From NCBI GenBank assembly GCA_964016885.1, contig OZ024741.1, forward strand, positions 385,206,001-385,270,000: a DNA stretch of 64,000 nucleotides, read 5' to 3'. This DNA comes from Eledone cirrhosa. Its lineage: Eukaryota. A program made the position numbers and the translations under genes. Below the pieces are notes generated by a model. It worked only from the letters and a program-made list of their open reading frames with translations, made no database searches and was not told where the DNA came from. The first letter of the stretch is position 1. Every line of letters starts with the position of its first letter. Below, one piece after another: positions 1 through 12,326 of the stretch.

Positions 1-374
1 TGGGAAGTGAGGAAGTAAAAGTTGCATGCCTATGATAGAGTATGACAGAAAGTGTGTGTGGGTGGGTGTGTGTGAGAGAGAGAGAGGGTGATGATAGAAT
101 ATGTGAGAAAGATAGAGTAGGTGTGTGACTGTGAGAGATGATCATATTTAATAGAGAAAGATAGAGTAGGTGGATGAGAGAAAGTGTTTGTGTGTGATAG
201 AGCAAGAGAGATAGAGATTATGAATGTGTGAAAGAGAATGAGAGGTGTAACAGAATATATAAGAGAGAAAGAGACAAAGAGAGTGTGAATGTAATTTCCT
301 CCATAATTATATACAACAAAGCTTTTTAAAATATTGTTTTCTTTAGTTTATATATTATGTAATGTTTTCAGGGT

Positions 375-570
375 TATTGTTGTTTAGCCCTAGGTCAGTC
401 CTGGTCGTGATCTATTAATCAAAAGTTTTTCAACCATGACTAGGGCTATCTAGAAGTACACTATCCAATGTGTTCTCTTTTTGTATGGGTGTGTCCATTG
501 AGGAAGATTTGGCTGTTATTTCTAGCAGATTGAGAGATTATACAGAAGTTCCCTCCTTGGTTCAATGTAA
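375..570 (+). mobile_element. Dispersed non-autonomous repeat (gttgtttagccctaggtcag... family)
   Basis: Diverged copies of the same ~200-bp sequence at ~11070-11290 (+), 15590-15790 (-), 54330-54630 (-), 56000-56180 (-) and 61670-61840 (+); no ORF. Confidence 0.55.
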
Positions 571-1119
571 CGTGTGTGTATAATACAACAGCAGCCAAAA
601 TCTTTCAGCAGAATCATGGGCCAGAAATGATCAATGATGTTCTCTTGTTTGCATCCTTCTTTAGATATGCCATCACTCCTTGGTTCATTAAACTGGTAAT
701 TCTGCAGTTGCAATAGATATCTGCCAAACTGGCTAATTGAAACAAACACAGAGAGGGGAGACAGGAAGATGAGGAGATAAAGTCCAGTAGTGGCTATTGT
801 TGCTTTACTTTAGTATAAATCTACAGGATCAATACACATGAGTGGAATGTATTACATGGACCTAAGTATTGCTGTTATGGCTCACACCAGGTTAAAAAAG
901 CCTCCTATGAGATCGCATTTCATTAGATGTTTCCAGAGTGTAGTAACCCTTTTGACACCAACTTGGCCAAAAGAAGCTCTGATTCTATAAAAAATATAAA
1001 AATCTTCCTAAATTTATATCTTCAAACATAATTTTATGTCAAATTATTATCTTAATAATGAAATAATTAATAATTTTAGCAAATCTTTCAATATTCTTCC
1101 ATAATTGAAATAGAATGTA

Positions 1120-1390
1120 TTTCATTAGAAATATGATCACAAAACTACCCCTATTATGATGATGACCTAAGTACTGATAAAAAAAAACAGTACAAGAAAT
1201 GTACAAAGTGTGCTTGCACAAGCCCCCTAATAAAAGAGGCGTGGATTTTTCATTAGAAATATGGTCACAAAATTGCTAATGATAGGGAGAGGACAGGCCC
1301 CAATTATGATGACCTAAGTACTGATAAAATAACTACAAGTAATATACACAGTGTGCTTGCACTAGCCCCCTAGTAAAAGAGATATGGGAA
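1120..1390. repeat. Diverged tandem duplication (~125-140 bp x2)
   Basis: tttcattagaaatatg...gatgacctaagtactgataaaa...gtgtgcttgcac.agccccctaa/gtaaaagag occurs twice in tandem. Confidence 0.75.
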
Positions 1391-1956
1391 ACCACAGAGG
1401 CACACGGGTCAGACATTTTAGCAGAAGAGTGTAATTAATTATATTGGACTAGTGTTTGACTTGTACTTTATTTTATTGACCCAGGAAGGATGAAAACAAA
1501 TTCAATTTCAGCAGGATTCGAATTCTGTATGTAATTAAATACACCAAGACATTTTGTCCAGCACTCTATCGATTCAGCCATCCATCACAGTTTGTAATGA
1601 TAATATTGATTTCTTATTTAGGACACAAGAATTAGTTGTTGTTGTTGGTGGTGATGGTTGTATACAGGGGGTAGTCAGCTAAATAGACCTAATTATATTC
1701 AATCAAAATCCAGTCTAGTGTGATCATACCAAGATATAGAGCAACAGACACAACCATACCATCTTTCTTCAGCCATCAACCCAGCATTCTCCCTGTCCAT
1801 TCCTTGATGTCATTCCACTGCCTTCTTTTAGACATTCTTTTATAATCTTTTGCTTGGGGCAGGTGACTTGTCTCTGCATGCTAAATATACCACCACTACC
1901 CCGCCTATTACTACTACTTAACACTGGAAGTTAAAATCAAATCCAGTGATTCACAC

Positions 1957-1958
<2 letters not shown>

Positions 1959-2049
<91 letters not shown>
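1959..2049. repeat. (AG)n microsatellite
   Basis: Perfect AG run of ~45 units. Confidence 0.98.
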
Positions 2050-2052
<3 letters not shown>

Positions 2053-2729
2053 AATTAAATATTGTTTAGCCATATATACCACTGAAACCACTCCTGGTTC
2101 TATAATACAAAGCTGTTTATTTTAAAGTGTTTATATTTATCTAAAAACCTTCTGTCATAAATTTATGTAAGAACCTTTGTTAAGTACGTTCCAAACAACA
2201 GCTTAATAACGAGAAAATTAGTTATATTATCAAATCCCTTCAAATTCTTTAATATTTTCAAATGATTTTTTAAAAATCATAGGCAGTGTATTTCGTTAGA
2301 AATGTGGGTAATAAAAGGGTTATGCTCCACCCTTTCTTCCACAAATTAAGTAGAAGGATATAGTGAAATAAACTGACCTTTGAACTTCGCTGATGTTTAT
2401 TTATCAACCCTAAACGAATTCAAACCCATAGCATAAAGCAATGTAATTAAATACTGTATCATTGCATTTTTTCTGTTGCTCAATCGATTTTGACACATCA
2501 TCACTCTTCCATAATAATTGTCTCTAATTTCAGCACAAGGTCAGTAAATTTGGGGTGAGAGGGAAAGTTGATCGACCCGATTGTTGGAACTTTTGTTTTT
2601 TATCGACCCTAATGAAAAATGAAGTTGACCCTGGTGGAATTCGCACTCAGAACCTAAAGAGCCATAGCTAAATGCCCCAATGGTATTTTGTCCGACACTT
2701 TAACGATTCTGAAAATCTACCACTATATA

Positions 2730-3010
2730 TTATTTAAAAGTTGAAGTCTTTCTCAGGCTTACAGACTCATCAACTCAGAGCTTATTCTGATTTTATGAGG
2801 CATCATGTGACTGAAAGTACAAAATTAATCCCCACTCCCACCCACCCAGCTGCCAATGATTCTGCTGGAATTCATTGTTTCAGCTGAGAAGACTTGAGCA
2901 AAATGAAATGAAATGCCTTGTCCAAGGATACAAACTACCTAGATCAGAAATTGAACCCATGACCTTACAACCATGAGATTTACACTCCAACCACTAGGCC
3001 ACACACCATC
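2730..3010 (-). mobile_element. Degraded tRNA-derived SINE (family A)
   Basis: Reverse strand reads gtggcctagtggttgg...gggttcaatt (A/B boxes) and ccttggacaaggca core, as in 14761 and 63233. Confidence 0.65.
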
Positions 3011-3461
3011 ACATATTACAAATGTTCTTATAATTTGATACATAAATTTACAGATCTTCGTAGCATTGTTTCATTAAGTTAAAGATTTCAATTACATCTT
3101 TCATTTTGTTCCATGGCTGAAGTTATTTCAAAATATAACACTTAACATGTTAAACATTTTGATTATGTCTTTAATTTCATTCCATAATTAAGGTTGCTCA
3201 AAGCGTAAATAACACTTGAACATAGAAACATTGTGACAAGCAGAATAAATTTTACAGATAATAAAAAAAAAACAATGATTACTAACATAGTACTTGACTG
3301 ATAGTTATTTTTCCAACTGTGAAAAAATGTTTCTTATATTGTCATGAAGCCTAAAGGAAGCAGAGTTAAGTGTTTTACCTAACTAGAGACTGAATACAAT
3401 GTTTATGAGAAAAACAGATGAGTTATCTTAGAGCCAAGAAACTAATCCTTTATTATCAACA

Positions 3462-3714
3462 TTTACCCTTTTGTTATCATATTTCTAATGAAATAGATTG
3501 CCTCTGTGTTTCAATTTAATTTGAAAATAATAATAATAAATCATAACTAACATCTTCATTAGTAAGTGGATGTTTGAAACATTAATCAATACAAATTTCT
3601 TAAATAAAATTATGTTGGAAAGTTTTAATATTAATTACAAACATTTTAAAGTAGGCAGTTTTTTTAATCATAAAACTGGGGCAGTTTCAGGCAAGCTAGT
3701 CTCAAAAGTGTTAA
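3462..3714. mobile_element. AT-rich MITE-like repeat with (TT)AACCCTTT-type ends
   Basis: Starts ttaccctttt and ends aaaagtgttaa; related copies at ~945-1140, 2060-2322, 10790-11025, 16905-17046, 19550-19665 and 23290-23490. Confidence 0.5.
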
Positions 3715-3716
3715 GG

Positions 3717-4185
3717 TAGGGTTTCCTAACCTGGGCGATTTTAACGGTTGGGTGGGTGATGAGTAACTGAACAGAAAATTGTGGACAACATAGAATTTTA
3801 AGTATTAACCCTTTAGCATTTACATTACACTGTATTTTCATGGTAAATGTTTTTAGCTCTCATAAATATCAAATCTATGAGATTTTGATATTTATTTTGA
3901 GAACAACACTTTAACATCAGTATGAGTGGCCAGTTACAGCCGGTTTGAACAAAAAAGGCGAGATAATTCTGGACGGTTTAGATGCTAAAGGTTTAAGGAG
4001 ACATTTCAACATATGCTACCCAGAAAAAAATATTCAAAAGAGATAAGCAAAGAACTTGTATAAAAAAAAAACAGGAGGCTAAATGGGAATAACAAACCAG
4101 TAACAAACTTTTACCTAACATTTTTGGTATGCTTTTGAATATAGGTGGGCAGTGGAAAATGATGCAAAACGGTTGGGAACCCCTG
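3717..4185. mobile_element. hAT-like non-autonomous DNA transposon
   Basis: TIRs tagggtttcctaacc / ggttgggaacccctg (CAGGGGTTCCCAACC type); 8-bp flanks tgttaagg / ggttaagg form a 7/8 TSD. Confidence 0.65.
3805..3996. mobile_element. TTAA-flanked MITE nested in the hAT element
   Basis: ttaa-ccctttagcatt ... gatgctaaaggt-ttaa: inverted termini with TTAA TSD (piggyBac-like signature). Confidence 0.65.
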
Positions 4186-4659
4186 GGTTAAGGTGAGGAT
4201 AAATGTTTCTAAGCAAGAATAAAAGTTGCAGACCCAGACCACTAAGAACTTAATACAAAAATATGGTATATCTACCAGAGTAGTTGTTACATTTTAATAC
4301 AGCAATATAGTATATCTACTAAAAATACTAATACTATAGTCGTCACTCACAATTGAGTATGACTTGGTAGTATGTACCCTGTTTTTGCCAAGGGTTTTAG
4401 GTGGCCATGCAGTTGCAAATAAGCATAAACATATTCTTGACTCTCCTTCCCTCTCATGATTTAGCAGAACATTCAGGATGTGACAGCTTGAAGGAGAAAG
4501 AGCTACACCAGCACTCGGCTCGTACTTTCTTTGTCAGCTCCGAAAAGGTGAAAGGCAAAGCGAATCTCAGCAGGATTTGAACTTATAACCCAGAAGAAAT
4601 ATCCAACGTTCTAACAAGTCTGTTAAATTGACCATCTTAGTACATCTACTGGAGTGGTT

Positions 4660-4970
4660 ATGGCAATGAATTGGCAGAGTTATTAGAACATTGGATAGAA
4701 TGCTTTGCAGTATTCATTTCAGCTCTTTGAGTTCAAATCCTGCAGAGGTCAACTTTGCCTTTCATCTATTCAAAGTCAATAAAAAAAAAAAATACCAGCC
4801 AACTATTCTTCCTCTATATCTCTTCTCATTTCCCTTCCTCACTCTCTATCCTTCTCTGGAAGAAATCTGCTGTGTTCAAACTTGAAGAGGGATGGGCTCC
4901 ACCAGGCTTAAAATGCCTTAAAAACGTACACTACTATAGCACCCCTACAATTCAATGAGGAGTTACAGGA
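4660..4970 (+). mobile_element. SINE family B body with alternative ~170-bp 3' module
   Basis: gagttcaaatcc...gaggtcaactttgcctttcatc core followed by ttcttcctctatatc...gaggagttac; same arrangement at 6000-6240 (-) and 60890-61095 (+). Confidence 0.6.
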
Positions 4971-6373
4971 AGACCATATGTGCATATCTTTCCTACTGTG
5001 GTTTCTAGTGTAGTATATCTACCACAGTGGTTACATTTCAAGTAAGTTAAATGAGATATGTGACATTCATACCTTACCTAAGATAAGACAATTTTTACTA
5101 AACATCCATGTATTTTAGATTCCTCAATATAACAATAAACTGAATATCATAGTGAAATATATGTGTAGGGTCGAGATCTTGGTGGATAACATAGAGCAAG
5201 TTTATAAATAAGTTTACAAAGACAAGGCTGCACTTATACAAACAGATGTAATTTGTTCCCATCTTTTTAGCTTCAAAAACAGGGGTCACATTATACACAA
5301 AGAAATATGGTGTATAGATTTTCTATTGTCACAGGACTCTCATCACCCAACGATTACACATCACAGATGTGTGTAGGAGGAGGAGGAGTATGTAAGTGTA
5401 TGCATGCCAACAAAATGGATTCACACATTCATATGGAGTTTGAAGATAATTTGAAATTAAGCTGTGCCTTTTTTAACAAACATAAATTAAGTTGTCTGCA
5501 CAGGCAATGTTAGACAAGTTAAAATTACTAGTTTAGTTGAGTTCTAGTTTCTATAAACTATAAATAGCTATAAGTTATTAATCTGTTAATGAATAGAAGA
5601 TGGGTTTTCTTTCACTGATGATGGTTTAACAAGAACACATAGTAAATTAGTTGGTGATAGGAAGGGCATCCAGCGATAGAAAGTTTACGAAATAAAGGGT
5701 TGGGAGGACCCTTTAGTTGTGTCAAGGACATGACAACTTCTCTAATGCTGATGATCTACACAACAAAAGTACCCAGTACACACTTTAAAGAGGTTGGTGT
5801 TAGTTAGGGCATTCAGCAGTAGAAAGCTTACCAAACAAGGAGTTGGGAGATTGTGTCACAAGATACAACCACTTCTCCTCTGCACTCGATATGATCATAC
5901 ATAAGGATTCAATGAAAGTAAAAGTAGTCAAATACTTCCTTCAGCTTGTGTAAGTCTCTCGCTCTCATTAATCAGGTCTCTTTCTTTTCTTTTTAACCAG
6001 TAACTCCTGGGGAGTTTTAGGGAGACTCTAATAACATACAGCATTTTTAGAGTATTTTTAAACATGGGAGAGCCCATCTCCTCTCTAGGTTTGAATCAGC
6101 AGATTCATTCCAGATAGAGAGTGAGAGAAAGGAAGTGAGAAAGAGATATAGAGGAAGAATCGGGCCCCAGTACTTGACTGGTGCTATTTATTATTGACTT
6201 TGAATGGATGAAAGGCAAAATTGACCTAGCAGAGCCAAAATATAAAAAGCTATACAGCACTATGAATTAATATGTAGCTATGTTGCAAAAGTGTGATAGA
6301 ATGTGAAGAAGTAATAATATTCATTTCACCAGATGAACAACTGTTGTTGATCATGAGTATTGATTTCAATCAA

Positions 6374-7864
6374 GCAAGTTGTAAAATGTAGTCTCCACAA
6401 CCAAGTTGTTAATAAGCCCAGGCAAGTTGTAAAATGTAGTCTCCACAACCAAGTTGTTAATAAGCCCAGGCAAGTTGTAAAATGTAGTCTCCACAACCAA
6501 GTTGTTAATAAGCCCAGGCAAGTTGTAAAATGTAGTCTCCACAACCAAGTTGTTAATAAGCCCAGGCAAGTTGTAAAATGTAGTCTCCACAACCAAGTTG
6601 TTAATAAGCCCAGGCAAGTTGTAAAATGTAGTCTCCACAACCAAGTTGTTAAGCCCAGGCAAGTTGTAAAATGTAGTCTCCACAACCAAGTTGTTAATAA
6701 GCCCAGGCAAGTTGTAAAATGTAGTCTCCACAACCAAGTTGTTAATAAGCCCAGGCAAGTTGTAAAATGTAGTCTCCACAACCAAGTTGTTAATAAGCCC
6801 AGGCAAGTTGTAAAATGTAGTCTCCACAACCAAGTTGTTAATAAGCTCAGGCAAGTTGTAAAATGTAGTCTCCACAACCAAGTTGTTAATAAGCCCAGGC
6901 AAGTTGTAAAATGTAGTCTCCACAACCAAGTTGTTAATAAGCTCAGGCAAGTTGTAAAATGTAGTCCCCACAACCAAGTTGTTAATAAGCCCAGGCAAGT
7001 TGTAAAATGTAGTCTCCACAACCAAGTTGTTAATAAGCCCAGGCAAGTTGTAAAATGTAGTCTCCACAACCAAGTTGTTAATAAGCCCAGGCAAGTTGTA
7101 AAATGTAGTCTCCACAACCAAGTTGTTAATAAGCCCAGGCAAGTTGTAAAATGTAGTCTCCACAACCAAGTTGTTAATAAGCCCAGGCAAGTTGTAAAAT
7201 GTAGTCTCCACAACCAAGTTGTTAATAAGCTCAGGCAAGTTGTAAAATGTAGTCCCCACAACCAAGTTGTTAATAAGCCCAGGCAAGTTGTAAAATGTAG
7301 TCTCCACAACCAAGTTGTTAATAAGCCCAGGCAAGTTGTAAAATGTAGTCTCCACAACCAAGTTGTTAATAAGCCCAGGCAAGTTGTAAAATGTAGTCTC
7401 CACAACCAAGTTGTTAATAAGCTCAGGCAAGTTGTAAAATGTAGTCTCCACAACCAAGTTGTTAATAAGCCCAGGCAAGTTGTAAAATGTAGTCTCCACA
7501 ACCAAGTTGTTAATAAGCCCAGGCAAGTTGTAAAATGTAGTCTCCACAACCAAGTTGTTAATAAGCCCAGGCAAGTTGTAAAATGTAGTCTCCACAACCA
7601 AGTTGTTAATAAGCCCAGGCAAGTTGTAAAATGTAGTCTCCACAACCAAGTTGTTAATAAGCCCAGGCAAGTTGTAAAATGTAGTCTCCACAACCAAGTT
7701 GTTAATAAGCTCAGGCAAGTTGTAAAATGTAGTCTCCACAACCAAGTTGTTAATAAGCTCAGGCCAGATGTGAAATGTAGTCCCCACCACCTTCATAAGC
7801 TCAGGCCAGATGTGAAATGTAGTCCCCACCACCTTCATAAGCTCAGGCCAGATGTGAAATGTAG
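6374..7864. repeat. 48-bp minisatellite (~29 units) ending in ~2.5 units of a 42-bp variant
   Basis: Unit caagttgtaaaatgtagtctccacaaccaagttgttaataagcccagg, near-identical copies; one 45-bp unit at ~6650. Confidence 0.97.
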
Positions 7865-8047
7865 GTTCTATTTCAAACAGCTAGTCAGTATTTTAATAAG
7901 GAGTATTAAATATATATGATTTATGTATGGGTTACATGGTTACCAAGTAGCATTCTTTATATTCTGTTTTTAACAAAGTGCTTGAAATTTGAACTCAGTT
8001 CTCCTGGACCCCCAGTATTATCTTTATGGATCCCAGATTGAGAACTG

Positions 8048-8050
<3 letters not shown>

Positions 8051-8122
<72 letters not shown>
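8051..8122. repeat. (AT)n microsatellite
   Basis: Perfect AT run. Confidence 0.97.
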
Positions 8123-8125
<3 letters not shown>

Positions 8126-8390
8126 GATGGATTCAGAATTGAGAGATCACAGCTTCGATACTATGGGCATGTGGTTAGAATGTCTCAGGAAAGAATGGCT
8201 GGACAGATTTTGCCAATAGGTAGGAGACCCAGGAATAGACCCCGGGAAAAATGGTTGGATAACATCTATGAGCTTTTGGATAAAGAGCTATGAGCTATGG
8301 TTGCTTCAGACAGGACCTGCTGGAGGGAGTGTTTCAGGACCCTGCCCCCACGACCCTCCCAGGAATAAGTGGGAGAAAAAGCAGAAGGAT
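8123..8390 (+). mobile_element. RTE-clade LINE 3' fragment (degraded)
   Basis: Translates LRYYGHVVRMSQER...RRPRNRPREKWLDNI (RTE ORF C-terminus); sister copy at 46650-46872. Confidence 0.7.
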
Positions 8391-8487
8391 GGATTCGATT
8401 AGACCATTACTCACCAGAGTCTAGAGCTAGTTGTTGAAAAGGCAAGAGCTCAGCTGTCGGGGTTGCGACTCTTTCTTATATATATAT

Positions 8488-8730
8488 ATTTATTAAAATA
8501 ACAAATTAAAGTTTAAACAAAAAAAAAAAATCGATGCTTTCACCCTTAACGGGACCTTCTGGAAGTTTCAGAAGATCCCGTTAAGGGTGAAAGCAGCGAT
8601 TCTTTGCTTAAACTTTAATTTGTTATTTTAATAAATGTTTGCTCTATGGTTCTTATATATTTGATATATATTTATCCTTATCAAGCTCTCTTTGGATTTT
8701 AGTCTTCACATTTATTATTATGATTACACA
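8488..8730 (+). mobile_element. Penelope-derived pLTR fragment with inverted 5' duplication
   Basis: Arms 8488-8563 and 8564-8636 are inverted; right arm nearly identical to the 3' end of the PLE at 51380-51452; flanked by (TA)n. Confidence 0.8.
8564..8614 (+). ncRNA. Type I hammerhead ribozyme-like motif (U4A core)
   Basis: agttt-CAGAAGA-t-ccc/gttaa/ggg-t-GAAA-gca...tgc-TT-aaact; stems I, II and III all pair, predicted CUU site. Confidence 0.65.
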
Positions 8731-8754
8731 TATATATATATATATATATATATA

Positions 8755-8910
8755 TCATCATCATTTTATGTCCGCTTTTCCTTGCTAGCAAGGGTGGGAC
8801 GAGAACTGATTCTGGCTTGATTTCTACAGCTGCATGCCCTTCCTAACACCAACCTCATTTACAGTGAGTGCTGGGTGCTTTTTTGCCGTGGCATCTACAC
8901 GACCACTTTG
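8755..8910 (-). mobile_element. RTE 3'-tail fragment
   Basis: Reverse strand has ggttggtgttaggaagggcat...gcggacataaaatgatgatga, matching the tail of the 17310-19545 LINE. Confidence 0.75.
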
Positions 8911-8940
8911 CAGTGGAATGATAGGGACCCCAGTCCCTAT

Positions 8941-9087
8941 CATCTCATTTCTACAGCTGAGTAAACTGGGGCAATGTGAAATAAAATGTCTTGCTCAAGG
9001 AAACAACACATCACCCAGTCTGAGAATTGAACTCACAACCTTTCGATTGCAAGGCCCATGCTCTAACCACTAAGTCATGTGCCTCCA
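8941..9087 (-). mobile_element. tRNA-derived SINE head (family A)
   Basis: Reverse strand: tggaggcacatgacttagtggttagagc...gtgagttcaattctc...ccttgagcaagac. Confidence 0.75.
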
Positions 9088-9314
9088 TATATATAAAAAC
9101 AGAATATAAACAATGCTACTGGTATCCATTCTTCTCTAAGTACTCATATAAACATTTGTCTTTTGATTGTTATTCCCACTAGTAAACCAATCTGAGAGTG
9201 GGGTGCAGGGAATAATTCATTTAAATAAAAGCAGTCCTTGGTAGTGAACCACAGATATATATATATACACACATACAGTGTACATGTATATATGTGTGTG
9301 TGTGCGTATATATG

Positions 9315-9350
<36 letters not shown>

Positions 9351-9657
9351 AAATTTAGTACAGCATCATCGAAGCTCTGGTTGCAGCCAAGCGAACGAAT
9401 GCAATCTCGGTGTGCAGCTAACCACTCAATAGGGTATATTACCCTAGAGTTATAACATTACGTTTAGACAACTTTGCAAATTGAAGACAGCGACCGATAG
9501 ACGGGTCGCAGTGACCATAACGACGAAAGAAACTGAACTCAGGATAAAATATATATATATATATATATATAAAACAGCAGCCAATAAAAGGACGCTCGAA
9601 GGGGATGTTTTTGACGCTAACAGCCCAGTGAAGGAATTTGCTCGGAAATCATTAGAC

Positions 9658-9719
9658 GTGTCCGTCGAACCTGCAGATCCAGAATCAGACAGATCCCGCC
9701 GGCGAAACAATTGTAACAC
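9658..9719 (+). ncRNA. Degenerate/variant hammerhead-like motif followed by AATAAA
   Basis: gtgt-CCGTCGA-(stem II)-GAAAC-aatt-GTA-acac; palindromic stem III loop; AATAAA at 9722; between (TA)n tracts. Confidence 0.45.
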
Positions 9720-9809
9720 ACAATAAAATCACTAATTTTTCGTTTTATATATATATATGCAAGATATATTCACATATAATATATGGTTTATGTATGGGTT
9801 ACATGTGTG

Positions 9810-9869
<60 letters not shown>

Positions 9870-9944
9870 ATAAAATGGGGAATATGCATACATGTGTGTA
9901 CATACATTGTATATGATGTATTTACATACATTGGTTTATGTAGG

Positions 9945-10216
9945 AAGGCACTCCGTCGGTTAGGGCGACGAGTGTTCCAGTTGATCGTGAAATTAACGTG
10001 CATGTGGCTGAGCATTCCACAGACACATGTACACTTAACTTAGTTCTCAGGGAGATTCAGCGTGACAATGCTGGCCATTCGAACTACAGGTACACCTCAT
10101 TTTCGCCAGCTTAGTCGACTGGAACAACGTGAAATAAAGTGTCTTGCTCAAGAACACAACGCACCGCTTACGATTGTAAGCCGAATACGCTAACCACAAA
10201 GCCACGCGCCTTCACG
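9945..10216 (-). mobile_element. tRNA-derived SINE (family A head, different 3' tail)
   Basis: Reverse strand starts gtgaaggcgcgtggc...ggttagcgtattcggc, has core ttcttgagcaagacactttatttc, and ends ...accgacggagtgcc. Confidence 0.75.
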
Positions 10217-10247
10217 TGGTCTATGTGTATATGTGCATATATATATA

Positions 10248-10575
10248 GTGTAACGTGCTGTTACTGTAGGTTTACCCAAGTGAGCACTCGATGCGTAGTT
10301 TCCCGTCTGTAACGAGGTGTGGAACTAAACAGAGTATGAATATTATAGTAAAAGGACGAATTGTTATACATACCTTCATTGCGTTTATTGAGTAGTAACG
10401 TGCGTTTCGCTATTGATCAGCTCAAGGTTCGATCTGGCCGACTCTAGAATCAAAAGATCGTCGGACCTCTGCTGAGTCGGGCCAGATCGAACCATAAGCT
10501 GATCAATAGCGAAATGCATGTCACTAGTCAATAAACGTAGTGAAGGCATAATAATTCGTCCTTTTACTATTATAT
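10248..10575 (-). mobile_element. PLE-like fold-back element (family shared with 56395-56650)
   Basis: Inverted arms 10339-10445 / 10474-10575; (TA)n flanks; hammerhead-like motif at 10394-10467 (-). Confidence 0.65.
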
Positions 10576-11887
10576 ATATATATGTGTGTGTGTACATATA
10601 GTGTATATGATGTATTCACAATATATGGTTTATGTATGGGTTACAGGTGTGTATATATATATGTGTGAGTGTATGCACATGATGTATTTAAAGTAACATG
10701 ATTTATCTGTGCTACAGGTACGCGCGCGCGGATGTGTAGCGTACATGGTGTATGTAACATAATTTATATATGGGTTACGGATATATCCATTTTCCTATGA
10801 AGCTGCCTGACACATCCCCTGGTGCTACGATACAACACTGTTTTCATGCGTTTATATTCATATTCATGTAAAAAGCTTCCATTATAATTGTATGTAAGAA
10901 CCTTTAAGTTATGTTCTAACTTAATAATGAAAGAGTTAGTAATATTAGTAAATCCCCCCTCCCCCCGAATTCTTGAATATTTTCAAAATTATGTTTAAAT
11001 CATTGAAACGTGGTAACGAAAGGGTTCTAGATCTTGAGGCGAGAAGGTCCAGTGAAAATCGAAGGTTCATACCCACTGACCTACTTATAATGGTAAAGCA
11101 GATCTATGACCAAAATACATTCCAGCCATAGCCATCACATCTATTTGCCCCCCCCCCCCCCCCCTGTATAGCGTATATCGAGGACTGGATTTTCCTTCTT
11201 TAAAACCAGTAGAGTATTATTTCATGGTTTGAAGGACATTTAACTGTTATTTCTGGTAGCTCCATATAAATAAGAGCTCCATGTTTGATCGGAGACGAAC
11301 ACAAGACAGACTGTGGTTATTTCAAATCAAATGTACCTGTGAAGTATGTGTGTGAGAAAGAATGAGGTGGGGGAGGGGTATGAATGGGGGCCTGGTCAAG
11401 TAAGACCACGTCCGAACCCCCTAACGTAGCAGCAAGTTGCTATGAGCTGACAGCTGTAAAGGAGAAGTGGAAGAAAGATTAAAAACAATTTGGAGCAAGA
11501 GGCACCTTTAAGAACTACAAACAACGAACTGGCAGTCAGCTTAGCTTTATAACTTCCAGTCAGCCATCAAACTAAAGCAAGCCACAGCAAACCAATCAGC
11601 CAGCCAGCTGTATGAAGAAGTGTTGACAACAGAACACATACACTCACATACAATACACACACACTCCCTCTCTCTCTGTTTCTCTTCCTTCCTTTCTCTC
11701 AAGTTCTCTCTCTCTCATCCACTCCATGGTGCTTTGGACATTCACCGTAACGCTCGGACGACATATCATAACACACAGCTAGCTACTAACAATACACTCA
11801 TTTACAAACATTTTCTCTATCATTCTGTTTTTGTTATTTACATAGATTTATCTTCTCAACCAAAGGGAAAATAACATTAAACAAACA

Positions 11888-11931
<44 letters not shown>

Positions 11932-12129
11932 TGTGGTGCTGCTACATGTGATGAAGAACATGGAAATAAAGAAAGAGAAACAAGGTTTTTTCGACATAGC
12001 TCAGTGGAGAGAGTACCTTATGGTCGTTGGCTATATTATATGTTCGGTAGCTTCGACGAAGCATTTGAAGTCAAAAACAAATTATATATATATATATGTG
12101 TGTGTGTGTGGACTTTCCTGTGTATCACA

Positions 12130-12289
12130 CACAGGTTTAGCTATGTGGATAAAGAGTTCGCTTCGCATCCAATGTAGTTCTCAGTTCAGCTCCGCTGTGT
12201 GGCACTTTGGACAAGTGTTTTCTAATATAGCCTCAGGCTGACTGCCTTGTGAGAGGAATTTGATAGACGAAAACTACAGAAGCCCGCTG

Positions 12290-12326
<37 letters not shown>

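Noticed and set aside
11312-11876. Possible solo LTR (TG...ATAACA, CT-rich interior)
   Set aside because: No TSD, second LTR or PBS/PPT found; boundaries ambiguous.
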